From Paragordius varius (taxonomy: Eukaryota; Animalia; Nematomorpha): a stretch of 64,000 nt of DNA. The position numbers and the translations under genes were made by a program. Where the stretch lies: NCBI GenBank assembly GCA_964247055.1, contig OZ176058.1:4030001-4094000 (forward strand), in the 5' to 3' direction. This document shows positions 41,991-56,000 of the stretch, piece by piece. Every line of letters begins with the position of its first letter. The stretch's first letter is position 1. The notes beneath the pieces are model-generated. The model saw nothing but the letters and a program-made list of their open reading frames with translations, had not been told where the DNA came from and did no database searches.

Positions 41991-44099
41991 CAATTACACA
42001 TATATTTTCAACAATCAAATAATTTTTCCAACAATCAAAATATGTTGCCCAATAGCTTTTTAGTATTTCCAACAATCAAACATATATTCTCAACAATCAA
42101 ATAATTTTTCCAACAATCAAATTATGTTGAATAGCTTAGTGTTTCCAACAATCAAACATATATTTTCAAAATCAAATATTTTGCAACAATTAAATTATGT
42201 TTTTTAACTCTTTAGTGTTTCCAACAATCAAACATATATTTTCAATAATCAAATAATTTTTCCAACAATCAAATTATATTGTCTTTTAACTTTTTAGTGT
42301 TTCCAACAATTACACATATATTTTCAACAATCAAATAATTTTTACAACAATCAAATTATGTTGAATAGCTTTTAGTGTTTCCAACAATCAAACATATATT
42401 TTCAACAATCAAATAATTTTTCCAACAATCAAAATATGTTTTCTTTAAACTTTTTAGTGTTTCCAACAATTACACATATATTTTCAACAATCAAATAATT
42501 TTTACAACAATCAAAATATGTTGCCCAATAGTTTTTTAGTGTTTCCAACAATCAAACATATTTTTTCAACAATCAAATAATTTTTCAAACAATCAAAATA
42601 TGTTGCCCCATAGCTTTTTAGTATTTCCAACAATCAAACATATATTTTCAACAATCAAATAATTTTTCCAACAATCAAAATATGTTTTCTTTAAACTTTT
42701 TAGTGTTTCCAACAATTACACATATATTTTCAACAATCAAATAATTTTTACAACAATCAAAATATGTTGCCCAATAGCTTTTTAGTATTTCCAACAATCA
42801 AACATATATTTTCAACAATCAAATAATTTTTCCAACAATCAAAATATGTTTTCTTTAAACTTTTTAGTGTTTCCAACAATTACACATATATTTTCAACAA
42901 TCAAATAATTTTTACAACAATCAAAATATGTTGCCCAATAGTTTTTTAGTGTTTCCAACAATCAAACATATTTTTTCAACAATCAAATAATTTTTCAAAC
43001 AATCAAAATATGTTGCCCCATAGCTTTTTAGTATTTCCAACAATCAAACATATATTTTCAACAATCAAATAATTTTTCCAACAATCAAAATATGTTGCCC
43101 AATAGATTTTTAGTATTTCCAACAATCAAACATATATTTTCAACAATCAAATAATTTTTCCAACAATCAATATGTTTTCTTTTAACTTTTTAGTTTTTCC
43201 AACAATCAAACATATATTTTCAACAATCAAAAATTTTTTTAACAATCAAAATATGTTGCCCAATAGCTTTTTAGTATTTCCAAAAATCAAATAATTTTTC
43301 CAACAATCAAAATATGTTTTCTTTTAACTTTTTAGTGTTTCCAACAATCAAACATATATTTACAACAATCAAATAATTTTTCCAACAATCAAAATATGTT
43401 GCCCAATAGTTTTTTAGTGTTTCCAACAATTAAATAATTTTTTCAACAATCAAATTATGTTGTCTTTTAACTTTTTAGGGTTTCCAACAATCAAACATAT
43501 ATTAATCAAATAATTTTTTCAACAATCAAATAATTTTTTTAACAATCAAAATATGTTTCCCAATAGTTTTTTAGTGTTTCCAACAATCAAACATATTTTT
43601 TCAACAATCAAATAATTTTTCAAAAAATCAAAATATGTTGCCCAATAGCTTTTTAGTGTTTTCAACAATCAAACATATATTTTCAACAATCATATAATTT
43701 ATTCAACAATCAAATTATGTCGTCTTTACACTATTTAGTGTTTCCAACAATCAAACATATATTTTCAACAATTAAATAATTTTAACAATCAAAATATGTT
43801 TTCTTTTAACTTTTTAGTGTTTCCAACAATCAATCATATATTTTTAACAATCAAATAATTTTTTTAACAATCAAAATATGTTGCCCAATAGTTTTTTAGT
43901 GTTTCCAACAATCAAACATATATTTTCAACAATCAAATAATTTTTTTAACAATCAAAATATGTTGCCCAATAGCTTTTTAGTATTTCCAACAATCAAATA
44001 ATTTTTCCAACCAAAATATGTTTTCTTTTAACTTTTTAGTGTTTCCAACAATTACAGATATATTTTCAACAATCAAATAATTTTTACAACAATCAAAAT

Positions 44100-47000
44100 A
44101 TGTTGCCCAATAGCTTTTTAGTATTTCCAACAATCAAACATATATTTTCAACAATCAAATAATTTTTTTAACAATCAAAATATGTTGCCCAATAGCTTTT
44201 TAGTATTTCCAACAATCAAATAATTTTTCCAACCAAAATATGTTTTCTTTTAACTTTTTAGTGTTTCCAACAATCAAACATATATTTTCAACAATCAAAT
44301 AATTTTTTTAACAATCAAAATATTTGCCCAATAGCTTTTAGTGTTTCCAACAATCAAACATATATTTTCAACAATCAAATAATTTTTCAAACAATAATGT
44401 TGCCCAATAGCTTTTTAGTATTTCCAACAATCAAACATATATTTTCAACAATCAAATAATTTTTCCAACAATCAAATTATGTTGTCTTTTAACTTTTTAG
44501 TGTTTCCAACAATCAATCATACATTTTCGACAATCAAATAATTTCTCCAACAATCAAAATATGTTGCCCAATAGTTTTTTAGTGTTTCCAACAATTAAAT
44601 AATTTTTTCAACAATCAAATTATGTTGTCTTTTAACTTTTTAGTGTTTTCAACAATCAAACATATATTTTCAACAATCAAATAATTATCCAACAATAAAT
44701 ATGTTGCCCAATAGTTTTTTAGTGTTTCCAACAATTAAATAATTTTTTCAACAATCAAATTATGTTGTCTTTTAACTTTTTAGTGTTTTCAACAATCAAA
44801 CATATATTTTCAACAATCAAATCATTTTTCCAACAATCAAATTATGTTGAATAGCTTTTAGTGTTTCCAACAATCAAACATATATTTTCAAAATCAAATA
44901 TTTTGCAACAATTAAATTATGTTTTTTAACTTTTTAGTGTTTCCAACAATCAAACATATCTTTTCAATAATCAAATAATTTTTCCAACAATCAAATTATG
45001 TTGTCTTTTAACTTTTTAGTGTTTCCAACAATCAATCATATATTTTAACATTCAAATTAATTTCTCCAACAATAAATATGATGCCCAATAGCTTTTTAGT
45101 ATTTCCGATTTCCAACAATCAAAATTTGATTTCTTTTAACTTTTTAGTGTTTCCAACAATCAAATATATATTTTCGACAATCAAATAATTTCTCCAACAA
45201 TCAAAATATGTTGCCCAATAGTTTTTTAATACTTCCAACAAGCAAATAATTTTTCCAACAATCAAATTATGTTGTCTTTTAACTTTTTAGTGTTTTCAAC
45301 AATCAAACATATATTTTCAACAATCAAATAATTTTAAAACAATAAATATGTTGCCCAATAGTTTTTTAGTGTTTCCAACAATTAAATAATTTTTTCAACA
45401 ATCAAATAATTTTTCCAACAATCAAATTATGTTGAATAGCTTTTAGTGTTTCCAACAATCAAACATATATTTTCAAAATCAAATATTTTGCAACAATTAA
45501 ATTATGTTTTTTAACTCTTTAGTGTTTCCAACAATCAAACATATATTTTCAATAATCAAATAATTTTTCCAACAATCAAATTATATTGTCTTTTAACTTT
45601 TTAGTGTTTCCAACAATTACACATATATTTTCAACAATCAAATAATTTTTACAACAATCAAATTATGTTGAATAGCTTTTAGTGTTTCCAACAATCAAAC
45701 ATATATTTTCAACAATCAAATAATTTTTCCAACAATCAAAATATGTTTTCTTTAAACTTTTTAGTGTTTCCAACAATTACACATATATTTTCAACAATCA
45801 AATAATTTTTACAACAATCAAAATATGTTGCCCAATAGTTTTTTAGTGTTTCCAACAATCAAACATATTTTTTCAACAATCAAATAATTTTTCAAACAAT
45901 CAAAATATGTTGCCCCATAGCTTTTTAGTATTTCCAACAATCAAACATATATTTTCAACAATCAAATAATTTTTCCAACAATCAAAATATGTTTTCTTTA
46001 AACTTTTTAGTGTTTCCAACAATTACACATATATTTTCAACAATCAAATAATTTTTACAACAATCAAAATATGTTGCCCAATAGCTTTTTAGTATTTCCA
46101 ACAATCAAACATATATTTTCAACAATCAAATAATTTTTCCAACAATCAAAATATGTTTTCTTTAAACTTTTTAGTGTTTCCAACAATTACACATATATTT
46201 TCAACAATCAAATAATTTTTACAACAATCAAAATATGTTGCCCAATAGTTTTTTAGTGTTTCCAACAATCAAACATATTTTTTCAACAATCAAATAATTT
46301 TTCAAACAATCAAAATATGTTGCCCCATAGCTTTTTAGTATTTCCAACAATCAAACATATATTTTCAACAATCAAATAATTTTTCCAACAATCAAAATAT
46401 GTTGCCCAATAGATTTTTAGTATTTCCAACAATCAAACATATATTTTCAACAATCAAATAATTTCTCCAACAATCAAAATATGATGCCCAATAACTTTTT
46501 AGTATTTCCAACAATCAAAATATGTTTTCTTTTAACTTTTTAGTGTTTCCAACAATCAAACATATATTTTCAACAATCAAATAATTTTTCAAACAATCAA
46601 AATATGTTGCCCAATAGTTTTTTAGTGTTTCCAACAATCAAACATATTTTTTCAACAATCAAATAATTTTTCAAACAATCAAAATATGTTGCCCCATAGC
46701 TTTTTAGTATTTCCAACAATCAAACATATATTTTCAACAATCAAATAATTTTTCCAACAATCAAAATATGTTTTCTTTAAACTTTTTAGTGTTTCCAACA
46801 ATTACACATATATTTTCAACAATCAAATAATTTTTACAACAATCAAAATATGTTGCCCAATAGCTTTTTAGTATTTCCAACAATCAAACATATATTTTCA
46901 ACAATCAAATAATTTTTCCAACAATCAAAATATGTTTTCTTTAAACTTTTTAGTGTTTCCAACAATTACACATATATTTTCAACAATCAAATAATTTTTA

Positions 47001-50000
47001 CAACAATCAAAATATGTTGCCCAATAGTTTTTTAGTGTTTCCAACAATCAAACATATTTTTTCAACAATCAAATAATTTTTCAAACAATCAAAATATGTT
47101 GCCCCATAGCTTTTTAGTATTTCCAACAATCAAACATATATTTTCAACAATCAAATAATTTTTCCAACAATCAAAATATGTTGCCCAATAGATTTTTAGT
47201 ATTTCCAACAATCAAACATATATTTTCAACAATCAAATAATTTTTCCAACAATCAATATGTTTTCTTTTAACTTTTTAGTTTTTCCAACAATCAAACATA
47301 TATTTTCAACAATCAAAAATTTTTTTAACAATCAAAATATGTTGCCCAATAGCTTTTTAGTATTTCCAAAAATCAAATAATTTTTCCAACAATCAAAATA
47401 TGTTTTCTTTTAACTTTTTAGTGTTTCCAACAATCAAACATATATTTACAACAATCAAATAATTTTTCCAACAATCAAAATATGTTGCCCAATAGTTTTT
47501 TAGTGTTTCCAACAATTAAATAATTTTTTCAACAATCAAATTATGTTGTCTTTTAACTTTTTAGGGTTTCCAACAATCAAACATATATTAATCAAATAAT
47601 TTTTTCAACAATCAAATAATTTTTTTAACAATCAAAATATGTTTCCCAATAGTTTTTTAGTGTTTCCAACAATCAAACATATTTTTTCAACAATCAAATA
47701 ATTTTTCAAAAAATCAAAATATGTTGCCCAATAGCTTTTTAGTGTTTTCAACAATCAAACATATATTTTCAACAATCATATAATTTATTCAACAATCAAA
47801 TTATGTCGTCTTTACACTATTTAGTGTTTCCAACAATCAAACATATATTTTCAACAATTAAATAATTTTAACAATCAAAATATGTTTTCTTTTAACTTTT
47901 TAGTGTTTCCAACAATCAATCATATATTTTTAACAATCAAATAATTTTTTTAACAATCAAAATATGTTGCCCAATAGCTTTTTAGTATTTCCAACAATCA
48001 AATAATTTTTCCAACACAAAATATGTTTTCTTTTAACTTTTTAGTGTTTCCAACAATCAAACATATATTTTCAACAATCAAATAATTTTCCAACAATAAA
48101 TATGTTGCCCAATAGTTTTTTACTGTTTCCAACAATTAAATAATTTTTTCAACAATCAAATTATGTTGTCTTTTAACTTTTTAGTGTTTCCAACAATCAA
48201 TCATATATTTTCAACAATCAAATAATTTCTCCAACAATCAAAATATGATGCCCAATAACTTTTTAGTATTTCCAACAATCAAAATATGTTTTCTTTTAAC
48301 TTTTTAGTGTTTCCAACAATCAAACATATATTTTCAACAATCAAATAATTTTTCAAACAATCAAAATATGTTGCCCAATAGTTTTTTAGTGTTTCCAACA
48401 ATCAAACATATTTTTTCAACAATCAAATAATTTTTCAAACAATCAAAATATGTTGCCCCATAGCTTTTTAGTATTTCCAACAATCAAACATATATTTTCA
48501 ACAATCAAATAATTTTTCCAACAATCAAAATATGTTTTCTTTAAACTTTTTAGTGTTTCCAACAATTACACATATATTTTCAACAATCAAATAATTTTTA
48601 CAACAATCAAAATATGTTGCCCAATAGCTTTTTAGTATTTCCAACAATCAAACATATATTTTCAACAATCAAATAATTTTTTTAACAATCAAAATATGTT
48701 GCCCAATAGCTTTTTAGTATTTCCAACAATCAAATAATTTTTCCAACCAAAATATGTTTTCTTTTAACTTTTTAGTGTTTCCAACAATCAAACATATATT
48801 TTCAACAATCAAATAATTTTTTTAACAATCAAAATATTTGCCCAATAGCTTTTAGTGTTTCCAACAATCAAACATATATTTTCAACAATCAAATAATTTT
48901 TCAAACAATAATGTTGCCCAATAGCTTTTTAGTATTTCCAACAATCAAACATATATTTTCAACAATCAAATAATTTTTCCAACAATCAAATTATGTTGTC
49001 TTTTAACTTTTTAGTGTTTCCAACAATCAATCATACATTTTCGACAATCAAATAATTTCTCCAACAATCAAAATATGTTGCCCAATAGTTTTTTAGTGTT
49101 TCCAACAATTAAATAATTTTTTCAACAATCAAATTATGTTGTCTTTTAACTTTTTAGTGTTTTCAACAATCAAACATATATTTTCAACAATCAAATAATT
49201 ATCCAACAATAAATATGTTGCCCAATAGTTTTTTAGTGTTTCCAACAATTAAATAATTTTTTCAACAATCAAATTATGTTGTCTTTTAACTTTTTAGTGT
49301 TTTCAACAATCAAACATATATTTTCAACAATCAAATCATTTTTCCAACAATCAAATTATGTTGAATAGCTTTTAGTGTTTCCAACAATCAAACATATATT
49401 TTCAAAATCAAATATTTTGCAACAATTAAATTATGTTTTTTAACTTTTTAGTGTTTCCAACAATCAAACATATCTTTTCAATAATCAAATAATTTTTCCA
49501 ACAATCAAATTATGTTGTCTTTTAACTTTTTAGTGTTTCCAACAATCAATCATATATTTTAACATTCAAATTAATTTCTCCAACAATAAATATGATGCCC
49601 AATAGCTTTTTAGTATTTCCGATTTCCAACAATCAAAATTTGATTTCTTTTAACTTTTTAGTGTTTCCAACAATCAAATATATATTTTCGACAATCAAAT
49701 AATTTCTCCAACAATCAAAATATGTTGCCCAATAGTTTTTTAATACTTCCAACAAGCAAATAATTTTTCCAACAATCAAATTATGTTGTCTTTTAACTTT
49801 TTAGTGTTTTCAACAATCAAACATATATTTTCAACAATCAAATAATTTTAAAACAATAAATATGTTGCCCAATAGTTTTTTAGTGTTTCCAACAATTAAA
49901 TAATTTTTTCAACAATCAAATAATTTTTCCAACAATCAAATTATGTTGAATAGCTTTTAGTGTTTCCAACAATCAAACATATATTTTCAAAATCAAATAT

Positions 50001-53000
50001 TTTGCAACAATTAAATGTTTTTTAACTCTTTAGTGTTTCCAACAATCAAACATATATTTTCAATAATCAAATAATTTTTCCAACAATCAAATTATATTGT
50101 CTTTTAACTTTTTAGTGTTTCCAACAATTACACATATATTTTCAACAATCAAATAATTTTTACAACAATCAAATTATGTTGAATAGCTTTTAGTGTTTCC
50201 AACAATCAAACATATATTTTCAACAATCAAATAATTTTTCCAACAATCAAAATATGTTTTCTTTAAACTTTTTAGTGTTTCCAACAATTACACATATATT
50301 TTCAACAATCAAATAATTTTTACAACAATCAAAATATGTTGCCCAATAGTTTTTTAGTGTTTCCAACAATCAAACATATTTTTTCAACAATCAAATAATT
50401 TTTCAAACAATCAAAATATGTTGCCCCATAGCTTTTTAGTATTTCCAACAATCAAACATATATTTTCAACAATCAAATAATTTTTCCAACAATCAAAATA
50501 TGTTTTCTTTAAACTTTTTAGTGTTTCCAACAATTACACATATATTTTCAACAATCAAATAATTTTTACAACAATCAAAATATGTTGCCCAATAGCTTTT
50601 TAGTATTTCCAACAATCAAACATATATTTTCAACAATCAAATAATTTTTCCAACAATCAAAATATGTTTTCTTTAAACTTTTTAGTGTTTCCAACAATTA
50701 CACATATATTTTCAACAATCAAATAATTTTTACAACAATCAAAATATGTTGCCCAATAGTTTTTTAGTGTTTCCAACAATCAAACATATTTTTTCAACAA
50801 TCAAATAATTTTTCAAACAATCAAAATATGTTGCCCCATAGCTTTTTAGTATTTCCAACAATCAAACATATATTTTCAACAATCAAATAATTTTTCCAAC
50901 AATCAAAATATGTTGCCCAATAGATTTTTAGTATTTCCAACAATCAAACATATATTTTCAACAATCAAATAATTTTTCCAACAATCAATATGTTTTCTTT
51001 TAACTTTTTAGTTTTTCCAACAATCAAACATATATTTTCAACAATCAAAAATTTTTTTAACAATCAAAATATGTTGCCCAATAGCTTTTTAGTATTTCCA
51101 AAAATCAAATAATTTTTCCAACAATCAAAATATGTTTTCTTTTAACTTTTTAGTGTTTCCAACAATCAAACATATATTTACAACAATCAAATAATTTTTC
51201 CAACAATCAAAATATGTTGCCCAATAGTTTTTTAGTGTTTCCAACAATTAAATAATTTTTTCAACAATCAAATTATGTTGTCTTTTAACTTTTTAGGGTT
51301 TCCAACAATCAAACATATATTAATCAAATAATTTTTTCAACAATCAAATAATTTTTTTAACAATCAAAATATGTTTCCCAATAGTTTTTTAGTGTTTCCA
51401 ACAATCAAACATATTTTTTCAACAATCAAATAATTTTTCAAAAAATCAAAATATGTTGCCCAATAGCTTTTTAGTGTTTTCAACAATCAAACATATATTT
51501 TCAACAATCATATAATTTATTCAACAATCAAATTATGTCGTCTTTACACTATTTAGTGTTTCCAACAATCAAACATATATTTTCAACAATTAAATAATTT
51601 TAACAATCAAAATATGTTTTCTTTTAACTTTTTAGTGTTTCCAACAATCAATCATATATTTTTAACAATCAAATAATTTTTTTAACAATCAAAATATGTT
51701 GCCCAATAGCTTTTTAGTATTTCCAACAATCAAATAATTTTTCCAACACAAAATATGTTTTCTTTTAACTTTTTAGTGTTTCCAACAATCAAACATATAT
51801 TTTCAACAATCAAATAATTTTCCAACAATAAATATGTTGCCCAATAGTTTTTTACTGTTTCCAACAATTAAATAATTTTTTCAACAATCAAATTATGTTG
51901 TCTTTTAACTTTTTAGTGTTTCCAACAATCAATCATATATTTTCAACAATCAAATAATTTCTCCAACAATCAAAATATGATGCCCAATAACTTTTTAGTA
52001 TTTCCAACAATCAAAATATGTTTTCTTTTAACTTTTTAGTGTTTCCAACAATCAAACATATATTTTCAACAATCAAATAATTTTTCAAACAATCAAAATA
52101 TGTTGCCCAATAGTTTTTTAGTGTTTCCAACAATCAAACATATTTTTTCAACAATCAAATAATTTTTCAAACAATCAAAATATGTTGCCCCATAGCTTTT
52201 TAGTATTTCCAACAATCAAACATATATTTTCAACAATCAAATAATTTTTCCAACAATCAAAATATGTTTTCTTTAAACTTTTTAGTGTTTCCAACAATTA
52301 CACATATATTTTCAACAATCAAATAATTTTTACAACAATCAAAATATGTTGCCCAATAGCTTTTTAGTATTTCCAACAATCAAACATATATTTTCAACAA
52401 TCAAATAATTTTTCCAACAATCAAAATATGTTTTCTTTAAACTTTTTAGTGTTTCCAACAATTACACATATATTTTCAACAATCAAATAATTTTTACAAC
52501 AATCAAAATATGTTGCCCAATAGTTTTTTAGTGTTTCCAACAATCAAACATATTTTTTCAACAATCAAATAATTTTTCAAACAATCAAAATATGTTGCCC
52601 CATAGCTTTTTAGTATTTCCAACAATCAAACATATATTTTCAACAATCAAATAATTTTTCCAACAATCAAAATATGTTGCCCAATAGATTTTTAGTATTT
52701 CCAACAATCAAACATATATTTTCAACAATCAAATAATTTTTCCAACAATCAATATGTTTTCTTTTAACTTTTTAGTTTTTCCAACAATCAAACATATATT
52801 TTCAACAATCAAAAATTTTTTTAACAATCAAAATATGTTGCCCAATAGCTTTTTAGTATTTCCAAAAATCAAATAATTTTTCCAACAATCAAAATATGTT
52901 TTCTTTTAACTTTTTAGTGTTTCCAACAATCAAACATATATTTACAACAATCAAATAATTTTTCCAACAATCAAAATATGTTGCCCAATAGTTTTTTAGT

Positions 53001-56000
53001 GTTTCCAACAATTAAATAATTTTTTCAACAATCAAATTATGTTGTCTTTTAACTTTTTAGGGTTTCCAACAATCAAACATATATTAATCAAATAATTTTT
53101 TCAACAATCAAATAATTTTTTTAACAATCAAAATATGTTTCCCAATAGTTTTTTAGTGTTTCCAACAATCAAACATATTTTTTCAACAATCAAATAATTT
53201 TTCAAAAAATCAAAATATGTTGCCCAATAGCTTTTTAGTGTTTTCAACAATCAAACATATATTTTCAACAATCATATAATTTATTCAACAATCAAATTAT
53301 GTCGTCTTTACACTATTTAGTGTTTCCAACAATCAAACATATATTTTCAACAATTAAATAATTTTAACAATCAAAATATGTTTTCTTTTAACTTTTTAGT
53401 GTTTCCAACAATCAATCATATATTTTTAACAATCAAATAATTTTTTTAACAATCAAAATATGTTGCCCAATAGCTTTTTAGTATTTCCAACAATCAAATA
53501 ATTTTTCCAACACAAAATATGTTTTCTTTTAACTTTTTAGTGTTTCCAACAATCAAACATATATTTTCAACAATCAAATAATTTTCCAACAATAAATATG
53601 TTGCCCAATAGTTTTTTACTGTTTCCAACAATTAAATAATTTTTTCAACAATCAAATTATGTTGTCTTTTAACTTTTTAGTGTTTCCAACAATCAATCAT
53701 ATATTTTCAACAATCAAATAATTTCTCCAACAATCAAAATATGATGCCCAATAACTTTTTAGTATTTCCAACAATCAAAATATGTTTTCTTTTAACTTTT
53801 TAGTGTTTCCAACAATCAAACATATATTTTCAACAATCAAATAATTTTTCAAACAATCAAAATATGTTGCCCAATAGTTTTTTAGTGTTTCCAACAATCA
53901 AACATATTTTTTCAACAATCAAATAATTTTTCAAACAATCAAAATATGTTGCCCCATAGCTTTTTAGTATTTCCAACAATCAAACATATATTTTCAACAA
54001 TCAAATAATTTTTCCAACAATCAAAATATGTTTTCTTTAAACTTTTTAGTGTTTCCAACAATTACACATATATTTTCAACAATCAAATAATTTTTACAAC
54101 AATCAAAATATGTTGCCCAATAGCTTTTTAGTATTTCCAACAATCAAACATATATTTTCAACAATCAAATAATTTTTCCAACAATCAAAATATGTTTTCT
54201 TTAAACTTTTTAGTGTTTCCAACAATTACACATATATTTTCAACAATCAAATAATTTTTACAACAATCAAAATATGTTGCCCAATAGTTTTTTAGTGTTT
54301 CCAACAATCAAACATATTTTTTCAACAATCAAATAATTTTTCAAACAATCAAAATATGTTGCCCCATAGCTTTTTAGTATTTCCAACAATCAAACATATA
54401 TTTTCAACAATCAAATAATTTTTCCAACAATCAAAATATGTTGCCCAATAGATTTTTAGTATTTCCAACAATCAAACATATATTTTCAACAATCAAATAA
54501 TTTTTCCAACAATCAATATGTTTTCTTTTAACTTTTTAGTTTTTCCAACAATCAAACATATATTTTCAACAATCAAAAATTTTTTTAACAATCAAAATAT
54601 GTTGCCCAATAGCTTTTTAGTATTTCCAAAAATCAAATAATTTTTCCAACAATCAAAATATGTTTTCTTTTAACTTTTTAGTGTTTCCAACAATCAAACA
54701 TATATTTACAACAATCAAATAATTTTTCCAACAATCAAAATATGTTGCCCAATAGTTTTTTAGTGTTTCCAACAATTAAATAATTTTTTCAACAATCAAA
54801 TTATGTTGTCTTTTAACTTTTTAGGGTTTCCAACAATCAAACATATATTAATCAAATAATTTTTTCAACAATCAAATAATTTTTTTAACAATCAAAATAT
54901 GTTTCCCAATAGTTTTTTAGTGTTTCCAACAATCAAACATATTTTTTCAACAATCAAATAATTTTTCAAAAAATCAAAATATGTTGCCCAATAGCTTTTT
55001 AGTGTTTTCAACAATCAAACATATATTTTCAACAATCATATAATTTATTCAACAATCAAATTATGTCGTCTTTACACTATTTAGTGTTTCCAACAATCAA
55101 ACATATATTTTCAACAATTAAATAATTTTAACAATCAAAATATGTTTTCTTTTAACTTTTTAGTGTTTCCAACAATCAATCATATATTTTTAACAATCAA
55201 ATAATTTTTTTAACAATCAAAATATGTTGCCCAATAGCTTTTTAGTATTTCCAACAATCAAATAATTTTTCCAACACAAAATATGTTTTCTTTTAACTTT
55301 TTAGTGTTTCCAACAATCAAACATATATTTTCAACAATCAAATAATTTTCCAACAATAAATATGTTGCCCAATAGCTTTTTACTGTTTCCAACAATTAAA
55401 TAATTTTTTCAACAATCAAATTATGTTGTCTTTTAACTTTTTAGTGTTTCCAACAATCAATCATATATTTTCAACAATCAAATAATTTCTCCAACAATCA
55501 AAATATGATGCCCAATAACTTTTTAGTATTTCCAACAATCAAAATATGTTTTCTTTTAACTTTTTAGTGTTTCCAACAATCAAACATATATTTTCAACAA
55601 TCAAATAATTTTTCAAACAATCAAAATATGTTGCCCAATAGCTTTTTAGTATTTCCAACAATCAAACATATATTTTCAACAATCAAATAATTTTTCCAAC
55701 AATCAAAATATGTTGCCCAATAGCTTTTTAGTACTTCCAACAATCAAATAATTTTTCCAACAATCAAAATATGTTTTCTTTTAACTTTTTAGTGTTTCCA
55801 ACAATCAAACATATATTTTCAACAATCAAATAATTTTTTTAACAATCAAAATATGTTGCCCAATAGCTTTTTAGTATTTCCAACAATCAAATAATTTTTC
55901 CAACCAAAATATGTTTTCTTTTAACTTTTTAGTGTTTCCAACAATCAAACATATATTTTCAACAATCAAATAATTTTTTTAACAATCAAAATATTTGCCC

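Noticed and set aside
4538-41993. Nine 65-94 aa minus-strand ORFs with Cys-containing repeats (YWATYFDCxKNYLIVENICxIVGNTK)
   Set aside because: They are translations of the satellite. The 82-bp period is not a multiple of 3, so frames stay open only where local indels (e.g. 81-bp monomers) happen to preserve them. ORF pairs sit exactly at the duplication offsets (2216, 2610, 2973), and there is no unique coding context.
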